Shown piece after piece: positions 13,201 to 25,874 of a stretch of DNA of 64,000 nucleotides (positions are counted from its first letter, which is position 1; every line of letters begins with the position of its first letter). The notes below the pieces were generated by a model. It saw only the letters and a list, made by a program, of their open reading frames with translations. It was not told the origin of the DNA and did not search any database. This stretch comes from Squalus acanthias (lineage: Eukaryota): the NCBI GenBank assembly GCA_030390025.1, contig CM059439.1:55428001-55492000 (forward strand). Direction: 5' to 3'. Both the position numbers and the translations under genes were made by a program.

Positions 13201-13660
13201 ATGTCTGGGAGCAACTGGTTTGTGCAGCAGCCTTGAAGTCAGCAAAAAGTACTTCAGCACCTGCCACACCACTCCCTGTAGATTTTTGAAACTTGAAACA
13301 ACTATGGAAAGCACCAGAAATGTGTAGTATTGTAGCAACTGCCAGAGTAATCAACCAGCAACTAACCCGTAAGTAGTTGATGATTCCTTTGAACAGCGCT
13401 GGTGGGGGGGTACTTCCTGCTGCTTAAAGTGTGTTCAACTGTGCGAGGTTAAGAGAGGGCGTCAGCTGGAACGTTGAGCTCCAAAATGGCAGCGCTGGCG
13501 TCAAATCAGCGTTGCACACCGATTGACGCCATGATCTGCCTGCTCTGCATACTTCTGGCGGACGTTAACTGCGCGCTTTATGTCACGGATGCCATTTTCG
13601 AACCCTAAGGGCACTTGTAGTGCCCAAAAAATGGGCGCTACCGAGCACAATTTCTCACCC

Positions 13661-14607
13661 CTAGAAAAGGTAAGAGACCAGAGGAAGTGATCCAGGTGGA
13701 TCGTGAATTCCGAAGACAGGAGAAAGGGGGGAAGATCCCTGACCAAAGAAGTGGGCGCAGAGGCGAAGGCGATGGAAGAAGAGCTCAGCATCGTGCAGAG
13801 ATCAAAATTCATTGAGGTGGGGGGCATAAGAGGATGAAGCTGAGGCCTTTGCTGAGGACTGATCTTCGGATCAGAGTGGGGAAGGTCAGGAGGGGGGATA
13901 GTGAAAACACGGCAAGGGGTGAGATTGGAAGGAGGGATGGGATCAGAGAGTAAGAAGGATCCAGAGGGGCGTTGGTATCCAAGAGTTGTTGAAGCTTGCT
14001 GAAAGGAAGATAAAATGTTTTTTGTTAAAGCGTCGGATGAGGCGAAGGATGAAATGGAACTGAAGACCAGGACAACTCTGAGATAGTGAGTCGGTACTGC
14101 TGAAGAGAGAGTTCGAGAGCGTGCATGGGTGGCACATGGCGTTGAGCGTGGATCTCAGGAAGCGGCGAGAGCAGTGGTTCGAGAAATGCCGAATATCATG
14201 CAGATATCTATAATCATGGGTGAACCCGAAACATGAAGGGTGGAATTTCAGTTGGAATCCACGTGGAATAAGTCGGAGTTGGAGACAGTTGCTGAGGAAA
14301 GAGATATGGCTGTGAAAGCGAGTTTTAGTAGATACCTGGTCAAACACGAGAAGGGAAACAGAAAGCAATGAAGGTGAACAAGGTAAAAGAGACAAACGGA
14401 GATCCCGTCGGAGAGAAGAGCAGAACTTCTTCAAGGTGGGCATTCCTGGAAGAGAAGTGGCAGTGAATTAAGCACTAATACAAAAGCAAAATACTGCAGA
14501 TAATGGATATCTGAAATGAAAACAGAAACTGCTGGAAGTGCTCAGCAGGTCAGGCAGCATCTGTAGAGAGAAACAGAGGTAACATTTCAGGTCGATGACC
14601 TTTCATC
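13661..14607 (-). mobile_element. Penelope-like family A, 5' part: pseudo-LTR with tail followed by ORF N-terminus
   Basis: 14480-14607 matches the pLTR at 61380-61507. ORF 13943-14443 (SHISFLSNCLQLRLIPRGF) resembles a PLE N-terminal domain and starts just after the pLTR. Confidence 0.8.
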
Positions 14608-14609
14608 CA

Positions 14610-15230
14610 AGACCATGGAAACATCGTGCCAAGGAAGGCAAGTCATGTTGAGTCCATGGTACTGGAGTGTAGAAGCATTTGGTTGAAGAGAGGCAAAATG
14701 GTAATGCTTAACATGGTAGAACCAGATCTGACAAATAATCGCCTGGCCAGTCGTGCATTAGGTGCACTTAAGTTTGCAGCTCTCAAACTTAATGGAGTGA
14801 AGGTGAGGACTACATTAGGGCAAACAGCACGTACAGTGAATGATTTGATGGGAATGAGAGTGTTGAATTCAGAGTTCAGCATGTCAATAGTGGTAGAGGT
14901 GTCATGATGGGTGGAGGGCCAGAGAAGGGGTACCTGGCAGTTTCATAGATAATTAATAAGAGAACTGAGGAAAAAGTAATTTCTGGGGATGGATGGTGAG
15001 GTTAGGGGGTTGGGGAAAGTTAGGGAGATATGGGTGGCAAGGGAGACAAGGAAATGGCCACAGAATGTCTAGTTGGTGATCAAAACAGGGAATGAAGAGA
15101 TGTTGAGTTCAAGGGGATGGCCATGGGTATGGGTGGGAGAGTTTGTGTAGTGGGTGAGATTGAGTGAGGATAGATGAGTTGCAGATAAATGAGATTTCCT
15201 GACTTACTTTGTGAAATGGATCAACTAACA
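14610..15230 (-). mobile_element. Old L2-like LINE fragment (endonuclease and linker region)
   Basis: Minus strand encodes an NSPTHTHGHPLEL-like APE motif near 15100-15150; heavily decayed. Confidence 0.5.
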
Positions 15231-15879
15231 GCCCTCATCTCATAATCCAGAAACAGAGAGCCCTCTCACTTACATCCACCTGCAGCCCATTAGGCAGCTC
15301 CTGTTGACTGACATACAAAAGTTCCATTGCGAGAGTCTTGTGCAGGAATCAATTGTTGCTTCAGCCTCCACTCTTTCCACATTGAAGGCAATGATTGCAG
15401 AAATGGCCTGATCATTACAAGCTACTATACCAAACACTCCGTGTAAACATGATTAACAAAACATTTTTACGAGGTTAAAAGGTGTGTCAAAATGGCACAC
15501 AACACTGCAAGAGTATTGTGTTTGCAGAAAGTCAGGACAAGGGATCAATTTTAAGAGTTGCATGACCATTAAAAATAACACACCAATACTAACAGAAGGA
15601 AATGTCACTTAAAAGTTGCATGAACCCCAAAGTGAAATTATTAACATTTATCAAGGTATTGGAATTATAAACAAACTGTAATATAAATCAAGCAAATTTA
15701 TAATTTAGAGGCTATTTAAAATTGTTGCAATATTTATTTTAAAATATTTTTGTGCCCCAGTGGTATTATTACTGATGGATATCCAATGACAACAGTGCAA
15801 AGCATTCCGATCTCCGAAATTGGTCTTTAGTTTGTCTACATGTGCAACATTCAAAGAACATTTTAAAATAGGAGCATTG

Positions 15880-16295
15880 AGCAACTCTCAATATCTCAGT
15901 GGATAAACACACTATCCAATGTCAAGCTCCATTGTACAAAGCAGGAAGGTCCCAGGTTTGATCTATGGTCTGTGCTGAATTAGCTGATGTCAGCAGGAGT
16001 GGTAATGGGTCATTACAATTGGTCTTATTGCCCATGAATTAGGGAGGGAAACAGCAGTCAGGGTTTCTGCTCCTGACCACTATCCAGTAACCCCTGTTGG
16101 AAAGTATGCATATGTGCACATCAGGTGAGGACAGAATTAGCTTTGGTATTAAGGTCCCCCATAGTCAAATCGCCTTCCAACCCTCACTAGGTTTATACAT
16201 GAAATATAATCATTTGTGCAAGGTACTGGAGAGCTATTGGCAACTGTGGAATTGTACCCTGACATAAGTCAGCGTCTTCAGGAGAGGAAAATAAT
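15880..16295 (+). mobile_element. LF-SINE-like tRNA-derived SINE
   Basis: caggaaggtcccaggtttgatc...tgtgctgaattagctga...ctcctgaccactatccagt...cttcaggagagg; homologous to many copies in the window. Confidence 0.85.
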
Positions 16296-16669
16296 AAAAT
16301 GGAAGAAAACTGGAGAAAAAGGGAACCGTTGTAATTTTATATTTGTTGTTACAGCTCTTTTGATAGAAGACATCGTTTCACTAAGTTTCTCTCATCTTTC
16401 CTCACCTACTCATTAATCACTAGTTCATCCACTGCTTAGGAAAAGAAACCATGTGAGCCTCTCTAACTTCAGAGAACTGCAAAGTGATGACATAAACTTG
16501 GTGCACAGTGAGTGCAAGAACTAAACGCAACAGGAAGCAGCAAATAAGACAAGATTGCATTTTATCCAATGAAGCGGTACCTTTAAAATAAAACTAATTT
16601 TAATTGTAGTAGTTTAATTCATAGTTTGCTAAGTGCTACCAATTTGTGACTTTCCATCCCTCCACCTTG

Positions 16670-17030
16670 TTATTTTCTCACCTCAAAAATGCTGACTTAT
16701 GCTGGGGTAGGGTTTTTCTATGTAGGACAGGCTCCAGTACCTTGCAAAAGTGGCCATTCTTCATCATGTGAGTAATAGGGAGTGTTGGAAAGCTTTTGAC
16801 CGTGGGTTATGGAAGGAGCCAAAAGAGATGGGGGAAATCAGCCAAGCTTGATCCAACAAAGACACAATCCAACACGTCAATGATAGTGATCAGGAGTGGG
16901 GAGCCCTGACAGATTTTTGTCCTCTCCAGCTCAGACAGACTGTAGCCAATTATAGCATCCTTAATGCTGCACAGACCAGGAATTGAATCTGGGATCTTCT
17001 GGTGTATATGGCTCAGTATCCCACTGAACC
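16670..17030 (-). mobile_element. LF-SINE-like copy
   Basis: Reverse-complement match (agtggccattcttca, gatcaggagtgg, cacagaccagg). Confidence 0.7.
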
Positions 17031-17724
17031 ATCTAAAGAACATTATCAAATGATAATGAGAAAAATGTGTATGATCTCCCAATGTTCAGTTTATGTTGAA
17101 ATTAACTTCAAGTCAGAGCAAACCCTCAGCTGGTTGACAGAAACAAAATCAAAAGGAATTTATAGTTAGGGTCAAAAATAGTTGACCCTGACCCCAATCT
17201 CTCATTAAAGCTATTTCCATTTATAATGTTGCAGTCTACTTTGGTAAATGCAAGACCTGATGTAATTCTTCTTTATACAATTACATAAATCACTCACAAG
17301 AGCAGTTATTTGAGGACTGCTAAAGCACATCTGAAATGCTATTGATCTTATCTTTTGGATGAGAGATTCAATCTCATTCAGAAGTATAGCCAGGATTTCC
17401 AGGTGGAAGATTATTGTCCTGTTTTGTGATCATCATTGCAACGCCTGAACTATTTTCTCCAATTTTGCTGTAGCAGTGGTAATAATTTACCAGTCCTATT
17501 GACATTTTAGGTAAATTGGGGTCAGAGGGGAGCAAAATAGCAGTAATTGGTGCCTACATAACATTTTCTGATATTGGTACATGAACAGTTTCAAGATAAC
17601 TTCAGGGTGCCCTCAACACTGCTCTGCCAACTTAATTTGTTTAATATGCCTGAATAAATCAGTGGAGTCTTGTCATCAGTGATTCAACACTCCAGCTATG
17701 TGGGATAACAGCAACCAAGAAAGT

Positions 17725-18000
17725 GTTTTCTTTTCCCTTACCTCCTTTCCTGAAGGTGTTGACTCATCACTGGAATACAGTTCCACAGGTGCTGGCTGCC
17801 ATCTGGTACTTTGTTCAAGTATTGCTTATTCATGTGCGATCCTTTACAGCAAGTGTTGGCCGGCTATTTGATTGTAGAGGGCAACATAATTGTGTCCAGT
17901 CCTGTCCTCACTCGACATTTCCAGCAGACTCTGAGCAATGATCAAGGACTGGAACTTCGGCTAATTCCCCCCTCACTAACCCAGGTGTTAAGTGCCTGAA
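17725..18000 (-). mobile_element. LF-SINE-like copy (3' part)
   Basis: tcctgaaggtgttgactca...cctgtcctcac...tttccagcag. Confidence 0.7.
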
Positions 18001-18477
18001 CACCACCAGTAGTAAATTAAAATATTTAAGGGTCATACTACACGTATATTGTCGTTTTCCCAATGTTCTGCAGCTTTCCATTTTCCCTTCTGAATTTTGT
18101 TTTAAATTTCTGCGATTGGATGTATGGCTTTCTCTAATTCCCATGTCTTTCAAGTTTCAACCTCAACAAAGTAAATGCAGATGAAATTTCATCTGGGAAT
18201 TTCACCCCAATTTATTATGCTTGATCAAAACAAAGTTTCATAAGAAAATTGTCTATGTATGGGTTTGGTTTTCTTTACTCAGTTTTGCCTTCCTTTTACA
18301 TTTCCTGACAATATTGTACATTGTTTCCACATTTTTGAGAACTTTGTGATTTGATTTGAATTAAAAAAAGCTTGTTCAATTAACTCAATTTCAAAAACAT
18401 GTATAAATAACTAACATCTGCTGTTGCATTGAGGGGGACAAAACTTAAAATGTCTCCATCTTCCTGCAACTGGAGGA

Positions 18478-18660
18478 GGGTCCATTTTCACCTTCACCGC
18501 CTGTGTGGTGATCTGGCAGAGCAGATCGCCTATCTGTTGTAGAACCCGCCTGAGATTTGTTCTGTTGAAATCAATGGAATGGAAATCGTGCAGGTTCTAT
18601 AATAGGCAGGCGATCCAGCTCACCAGATTACCACCTGGGAGTGAAGACGAAAATTGACCC
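18478..18660. mobile_element. Palindromic MITE (Harbinger-type termini)
   Basis: GGGTCCATTTTC...GAAAATTGACCC termini; imperfect inverted symmetry across the whole 183 bp. Confidence 0.75.
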
Positions 18661-21049
18661 GTTTCTATGCCTTTCTTCCTCTTCAGTCTCTCTTTCTTTA
18701 TTTCAGCCTCCCTCTGTATGCCTCACACACTCTTGTCTTTATATTTTTCCATTTATCTCCAACTCATTTCCTCAGTCTTTCTTCCTTAATCTATAATTCT
18801 CTCATTTCCTCTTTCAAGTATATATTGCACTCCCTTTATATGCTGCTGAGATAAGGCGCTTTACTGATTGGCATCTTTTGCATTTTTTAATGTTGAGTAG
18901 GCAGCAAGGTGACAGCTAACATATATTGGTTGGAAATGGGTGCTGGGGTGGGTGCAGACAGACTATATGAGAGCTGTCAGGAGGGAAAAGCAGACACGAT
19001 GTGGATGTGAAAATTTACTTAGTATAGTTAATACAATATTTCTAAATTAATTTTTACATTGTATTTATATTTTAATGCATTGATTTTGCATTAGAACAAG
19101 ATAGTTGCAGAAGGAAATTTCAACAAGTATCCATAACTATTACATTAGTTCCCCTTCTGCTTTATTTTATTGGTAGCTGTTTGCTGACCGTCACTTTTTG
19201 ATTAAAAGTTTTTAGAATTTTTGATTGGCAGTTTTTGTTCTCACTTGCTACTTAATAATTGGTATGTTCCTGACCTTTACAGTTGTCATTTGTTTCTGTT
19301 TGACATTTGAGCCAATCAGATGCAAGCGTGATATGTGCTTTACATATTGAGTGTGATGCCTGAGTTGCGATGTACACAGACAAATGCTGGTCACAAGACC
19401 TTGGAGAGGGTAGATTTTCCTCCATGGGTCCCCAACAGTGCAGTGCTTCCAAGATGCCCATCACCTCTGGGGAAGCAGCTGCCTGCATTTCTCCTACCCA
19501 AGGCTATTTACATGGCACAGGCCTAGGCCTGCCCTCTGGCTGGGCCTTCTGACTGAACATTGGGGAGCTGAAAGGCCTGTAGGTGTGCTATTGGTCACTG
19601 ACATCAGGGCCTTCTGGCTGCCTCCATGACCTTTCCTCTTCACTGCACCTGAAGAATTACAACTTTGATTGTTGCACTGTATTTGTTTTGGAATTTAATT
19701 CACTATTTCTATTGGAATCTATTTATTAGCTTTCTATTAGAATTTATTGCACTGTTTGTATTATATTTAGACTGTGATTATGTTTACTTTTTGTAAGGTA
19801 GCACAGTTCACACAAGAGCACATCAGAGTGCTCTGATTAAACATATGAGAGATGTGGGGAGTTTAGGTATACACAAAGGCTTTGCAAAAACAACTGTTAC
19901 GTAGTTCAAAATTATGAGGAAGTGGTGGCAATGACGGGGTGGGGTTTGGAGGAAGAGGCTAGAAAGTAAGAAGTGGCAAAGAGAATTAGAAAATGCTACA
20001 GAGGGAAATGAAAATAAAGAACAAAATTGGGTTCAAATACATTCTGAAGAAAGAATGGTTTAAAGCAAGGATTTGATTCGGAGAAAGCCCACAAGAAGGT
20101 GACTGTGGTTCAACAATCAGTTCTCAAAACCTTGCGATTCAATAGAAGAATGTGTTGGCCTGTAGACTGGTGACAGATCATATTGTGGGAGTTATTGGTG
20201 AGCTGAACAGTGGCTGTGAGGCGAACCACTCCAGCCAGGTCAACTTCATGTTCAGATATAAAAAAGAAACTGATGGGGTAGGAGCACATCATGAATTCAG
20301 CAAGATTCCAAGATTTTCTGTACATTAACTTTAATAGACTGAGAATCAAGCAGGGCATGCTCCAGAGTCCTTAATAAGCATTCCTGGTGGACAAATTCCA
20401 TAAATTTTAATGGATAGAAAATCATGCGGGTGTGTGCCTGAATTCCTGATATGTGCTCCTGACACATGAAGCTTCATGCCAGGAGCACAAGGCTAACAAA
20501 CCGATCTCTTTTTAATAAATCTCACCTATGCATCATATCCATCAATTCTTTTCTCTCCTGTTGAATAATTTATACTGTCTGTGTCAATGATCATCCCAGG
20601 TAACTCTTTTGCAAATTCTATTAACCCTGTGTTCCCTGGTATTTCAACAGCTCACCATAGTGAACAACTGGTCTGGATTAACTTTGTGAATTCTCTTCAT
20701 AATCTTGAAAACTTCAATTTTCACCTCATCTCAAAATCTCTTTTTCAAAGAGGCAAGGCCAACTTCCTTAACTTATTTGTATAATTTAGAATCTTGTTGC
20801 CTGTACTCATCTTGGTTGCTTACCTCCTATAATGTGTGATCAGAACAGTACAGTACTCCATATGAAGTTTGACATACTTTTGCTTGTAATGTACAATATG
20901 ACCTATTTTGTTTTACACAATCCCCCCCCCCCCCACTTAGGCAAACTAGTACATTATTTGCCTTTGTTGTTGTAGCCAAGTACTGGACCGTTGGTTTAAT
21001 GGATTGATCTTGATAAACATACATTATTAATAACAATACACTCATTAGC

Positions 21050-21465
21050 CTGTTGTCTCCCGGTCCCCCAATGCTGTAACTTTAAAATTCTCATCCTCAT
21101 GTTCAAATACCTCCATGGCCTCACCCCTCCCTATCTCGGTAACCTTCTCCAGCCCTACTACCCTCAGAGAGCTCTGTGTTCCTCCAACTTTGGCGTCTTC
21201 TGCATCCACCACTCCCTTCGACACCATTGGCGACCATGCCTAGTCGTCTAGGCCCTAAGCTCTGAAATTACCTCCCTACACCTCTTAGCCTCTCCTCCTT
21301 TAAGACCATCCTTAAAACCCACCTTTTTAACCAAGCTTTAATCATCCCGCCTAAAATATCCTTCTTCAGCTCAGTGTTGATTTTTGTCTGATTATGCTTC
21401 CGCTAACCCCCTTGGGATGTTTTTCTATGTTAAAGGCGTTATATAAATAGTTGTTGTTGCTGTTG
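21050..21465 (+). mobile_element. L2 LINE 3' end
   Basis: FKILILMFKYLHGLTPPYL-like C-terminal coding remnant; tail ttaaaggcgttatataaatag(ttg)n. Confidence 0.75.
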
Positions 21466-21579
21466 TGCTTCAGCATCAGCTGTCTGTGTTAATTCACCTT
21501 CCTTCTGGATTCAGTAACTCTTCCAAGCTATTGAGGGAGTGAGTATTTGGCTGCAAGCAACACTTTTTTACCCTCCAAA

Positions 21580-21840
21580 TTTTCTCCCTTTTCTCCTGAA
21601 GGCAGAAAGGGGAACAAAATTGCAATGGGTAAAGGGCCATAGGTGTCAGTACCCCTCTGCGGCTATTCTTCATATGTGAGTCTTAGATAGTAAGTATCAG
21701 CAAGCTATATGACAACAGGGCTATCACAGCTAAAATTCTAACAAACACGGACTTTTTTGAACATTAGGTTGTGAACAGGAGTGGGAGTCATGGCTAACTT
21801 TTCTCCAAGCCCAAGAGCCCGAAGGACAATTGTAGCAAAC
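21580..21840 (-). mobile_element. LF-SINE-like copy
   Basis: ttttctccct..ctcctgaagg, ggctattcttcatatgtgag, caggagtggga. Confidence 0.6.
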
Positions 21841-23410
21841 CAACTCCTAGAATCATAAAATGTTACAACACAGAAATAGGCCTTTTGGCTCATCTATACC
21901 AGTGTTTTTCTCCACATGAGCCATTTGGTCCAATCTTACTCTCCTGTTCACTCCCCATACCCATTAATACTCCTCTTCTCCGTGTAGCTATCTAATTCCC
22001 TTTTTAAGGAATTAATGGACACTGCTTCAGCAAGATTTGTGTTACTAGAATTTTACATTCTAACCACCTTGTATGTGAAGACATTTTTTCTAATCTCTCT
22101 ATAGATCAGGTATTGAACCTGTGGCTTTCCTGGTATGTATGATTCAGCAGCACACAAGATGGTTCATTTTTTCCCTCAACCTTCAAGGAAGTCCCCATTT
22201 TAAGCGATCAGGCCATGAGTTACAATGAGAAAGAATGCTACTAATTATGTTAATCCATCATGTCACTAATGTTAATGTAGCAGTAAAATACACCAACGAT
22301 GAAATGCAGGGATGTATTTGAAGTTCTTCATACAAAACAATTTAAAAACATTTGTGCAAAAACATTTGTGGAGAAATAAATCCTGTTACAATATAACCCA
22401 CATTGAGTACTAGCCATTCCATTGATGCTTGCCTTCTGGTTACAAACATATCAACAAGGCTGTGTCCTAATAAAATATACATACAACAGATATTCAAAAA
22501 TAAAACAAAAATAAAGCACACCTCGTCACAAATTATTTGTAGGAAGTGGTTTTGAAAATGAAAACGTCTGCCAGAAGGACAAAACGAATTCTGAACATAC
22601 TGCGAGTTGGAACTGCTAGTCTAGTTATGTTTCCATTTAAAAAAAATTTATACATCCTCAGTGACTGCGCGACATGGCAGCTCACTTGCTCAAGCAAAGA
22701 AAAATGTGTCCAGTTCTTCGTAATGGATTAAGAAAGTCGAGGCTCATCTAGATCATCTTATTAGCCAGATGTTTAGATACATGAGATTAAGGACAAATTG
22801 CCCTCAACTTGTTTTATGACAAGCTGCAATATTCCCTAGCATACTCTCCCTTCAGCATCAAATTGAATAATGTATAAAAGAAGGGTGGTCCTTACTATGC
22901 CCCACCTCCCTCAGTTCATTCACCAAACCGAACTGCCCAACACAAAAAAAATCTCCCCAATAAGAAAAGTTGATTGTCATCTCAAAGCTTGCATTTTGGA
23001 CCAATTTATATTAAATAGTTGCATAGCAACAAATATAAGTGAAATTTAAACTTACTATTTATATAAATTTAAAATTCTAATTTAAAATGTGTCTTGAACC
23101 AGATATATGTTACAGTTGTAGTCTTTTACCGTGTTGTCATTAGCTTTTTCCCCATATCCTGTGAATTCCATAAAAGTCCAATCCAGCCTTGGTAGGCGAA
23201 AGCTTAAAGAACTGCACATTTCAGATATCTGCTTACAGAAGGAGATATTTTCAAAAATGTTGACTTCAAAGAAAATCTGCAGAATTCTATTTGTTTTTTG
23301 TACTTTGCTAGAAATCTAGGCTTTTCTGTAAAATATCACATTTGTTGCTGGTTAAGTAGTTTTTTTCCCCACCATACCACATATGTTAAACACTTTTATA
23401 GTTAGGTGGT

Positions 23411-23487
23411 TTTTTTTATTCATTCATGGGATGTGGGCGTTGCTGGCAAGGCCAGCGTTTATTGCCCATCGCTAATTGCCCTCGAGA
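23411..23487 (-). mobile_element. LINE family B extreme 3' end in the presumptive ROR1 3' UTR
   Basis: Matches 3845-3917 and 35755-35825; carries AATAAA on the minus strand at 23415-23420 and 23458-23463. Confidence 0.85.
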
Positions 23488-23554
23488 CGAGTTGATTCTT
23501 TATGGAACAACAAATATCTGAAAAAGCTTATTCATTAAAAAAATATTTGGTACA

Positions 23555-23990
23555 GCTCTCCCAATGGTCTAATGGGTAAAGGCACTGCCCAGTGTGGTAC
23601 TGAGACTTACAGACCTGAAGCTCCTAGGCTCCTTCCCTATTCTGTGCTGCACATGATGATCTCATCCAGGTCAGCAGCTGGGATACTACAACTGGTCTCA
23701 GCACTTTAGGCTAGAGAATGGGGGAACAAATATGAATCAAGGTTCTTGCTGCTGACCACTATTCAGTGACCCCTGTTGAAAGGCAAGTGTGTGTGTGGAC
23801 ATCACATGAGGACTATTTACAGCACAGCTATGATGTCCTCTACAGTCAAATAGCCCGTTGACACAGAGTGCAGGCTTACCCATGATGAATGGCTACTTGG
23901 AAGAGGTACTGGAAGCTGCTGGTGTCTGTGACACACAACCCAGCAAAAATCAGCACCTTTAGGACAAGAGGGGAGAAAATAGGGGGAAAA
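23555..23990 (+). mobile_element. Full-length LF-SINE-like copy, antisense in the ROR1 3' UTR
   Basis: gggtaaaggcactgcccagtgtggtactgag...tctgtgctg...gaatggctacttgg...gaggggagaaaat. Confidence 0.85.
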
Positions 23991-24196
23991 AATACTTGCT
24001 GTAATAGTGCAGAAAAGCACCTATCACAGTTTGGTCAGGACAAGGATGGTAGGTGGCTGACAAACTACATCAAAGCTTCACTTATGTGTTGTGTTGTTGT
24101 GTATATAAATCTTTTCATTCCCTATTTTCTTTCTAAAATCAGATTATACACAATTATAAAAACTGTTGAAACAAGTTCTAAGAATATATATATATA

Positions 24197-25621
24197 TTAC
24201 AATTCTGCTCTAATAACAGATTCATTTGCCAATTGGCCATCACTGTCCCCCATTAGTGTTGTCTGTATTGGGTCCATTTGCATTGTTTTATGGGATATAT
24301 GTGCAAAGATTGGCACGCTAGTTCCGCTAGGATGGCTTGACATGGATAGATGATGAGATAGCAATGGAGTGTTTGCATCATGATTTGATCCCGAGGAAGG
24401 CAAGCTCGTCACATGACCTGTGCTTGTTGATCCACTCCCGCTGCTAGGCGATCGGCTCTTCGGCGGTGGACCATGTGGAATCATTCGCGGTGGCCCTTGT
24501 TGATAATGTGCAGCTGGGTAGGCAGCATACCCTGCAGGTACAGGGTAACTGTTAACTTGAATGAATCTCTGATGCTGGGCTAGTGGTGGACCAATTAGGC
24601 CACCAATCTGGGTCTGGGGTAGGCCCTGTGCTTGATATATGTGTATAGGATACCTTGGGTTACTGAGATTACTAACCGGGCTTGCACTGAGAGATGTTGT
24701 CTGGGTTGTGGCATTCCCTCCAGATGGCGTTGTAGAACTGGTATGGCTTGATAGCCCTTCCCAGGACCTCAGCCTGGCATGAATATCCTTAAATCGTGGT
24801 CTTCTGGCTGGAATCTCATGCCAGGTTTCAGTCATTAAATCATACATTCTAGGGGGACAATCTTCTGGGCATGGGAGCAACTGCCTCTTCCGTATCATTT
24901 CTATTACCTCTTGATTAGAAAATCCATAATATGGTTGCAGTCCAAAACTAAAAATCTCCCATAAAACCACACCAAAAGACCAAATATCGGAGTCACTGGA
25001 AAACTTCCCAAACAGTATAGCTTCAGGAGGCATCCAGCGAATCGGGAGGAGGGACTTATTTTGCACTCTGTAATAATCAGCTGCATATATCTCTCTTGAA
25101 AGGCCAAGGTCAGATATCTTCACTCTCAGTTGCTCTCCAATAATGATGTTACGTGCTGCAAGGTCCTTGTGAACAAAAAAATGACTGGATAGGTATTCCA
25201 TTCCCGCTGCTATCTGTATGGAGATGTGCAAAAAATCTGCGTGGTCCAGACTGGATTTGACAGTTCCATCTTCATCGCTGCTGCATCCAACATCAGAATG
25301 GGGCGATCTCATGATGAGGAATTCATGCAGGTCACCATGGTTCATGTACTCAAAGAGCATGCACACTGGTTGCTCCTGTGTCACCACCCCAAGTAGGCAG
25401 ACAACATTGGGATGATGCAGCTCCGACATCAAAGATGCCTCCTGCTGGAACTCTGCCCAAAGCTGGGGGTTACTGAAGTCCTTCAGGGTCTTTATAGCAA
25501 CAAGTTGGGCATGATCCATCCCTGGTAGGTAAAGATGACCTTTGTAGATTTTTCCAAAGGCACATTCTCCTAATTCTTCCATAAAACGTACAGCAGAAAG
25601 AGGCAGCTCCTTAGCTTTACT
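24197..25621 (-). CDS. ROR1: ROR1 last coding exon: tyrosine pseudokinase, Ser/Thr-rich and Pro-rich domains
   Basis: Acceptor tagcag|AGT ([26 protein letters not shown]); [15 protein letters not shown] and YAADYY motifs; tail [24 protein letters not shown]...AEL then TAA; ROR1-type rather than ROR2-type. Confidence 0.97.
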   Translation of the reverse strand, partial: SKAKELPLSAVRFMEELGECAFGKIYKGHLYLPGMDHAQLVAIKTLKDFSNPQLWAEFQQEASLMSELHHPNVVCLLGVVTQEQPVCMLFEYMNHGDLHEFLIMRSPHSDVGCSSDEDGTVKSSLDHADFLHISIQIAAGMEYLSSHFFVHKDLAARNIIIGEQLRVKISDLGLSREIYAADYYRVQNKSLLPIRWMPPEAILFGKFSSDSDIWSFGVVLWEIFSFGLQPYYGFSNQEVIEMIRKRQLLPCPEDCPPRMYDLMTETWHEIPARRPRFKDIHARLRSWEGLSSHTSSTTPSGGNATTQTTSLSASPVSNLSNPRYPIHIYQAQGLPQTQIGGLIGPPLAQHQRFIQVNSYPVPAGYAAYPAAHYQQGPPRMIPHGPPPKSRSPSSGSGSTSTGHVTSLPSSGSNHDANTPLLSHHLSMSSHPSGTSVPIFAHISHKTMQMDPIQTTLMGDSDGQLANESVIRAEL

Positions 25622-25874
25622 CTGCTAGATGAATGAAAAACAAAACTTTTAAGTTATGAGATTAAGAAAGTAAAATAAAATTCAAAACAAAATATATGAA
25701 TCATTTCATTGATGTAATATAATTATGGGTTTAATCATTTTATTTTTGGTATTGTGTTAAATTATTTAATGAGCTCTTTGTTTCAAAGTATGCATACAGA
25801 TGCATGAAATGAGAAATTTCACCTTAAATGATAATATGAAAGTCTGCAACGGATATCTCCCCACCCTACCCTAA

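Larger units (their letters stand above)
3384..13660. mobile_element. PIF/Harbinger DNA transposon (about 3.9 kb without nested inserts) with convergent Myb/SANT and transposase genes
   Basis: Myb-like gene on + and HARBI1-like transposase on -; imperfect termini GGGCTAAATTG and CAATTTCTCACCC; interrupted by two LINEs. Confidence 0.7.

Noticed and set aside
2886-14607. Single Penelope element split by the Harbinger
   Set aside because: The RT region is missing, the left piece has its own 5' inversion, and no shared TSD was seen; treated as separate insertions
23889-24353. 154-aa plus-strand ORF overlapping the ROR1 stop
   Set aside because: Made of LF-SINE tail, UTR and antisense ROR1 codons; no recognisable domain
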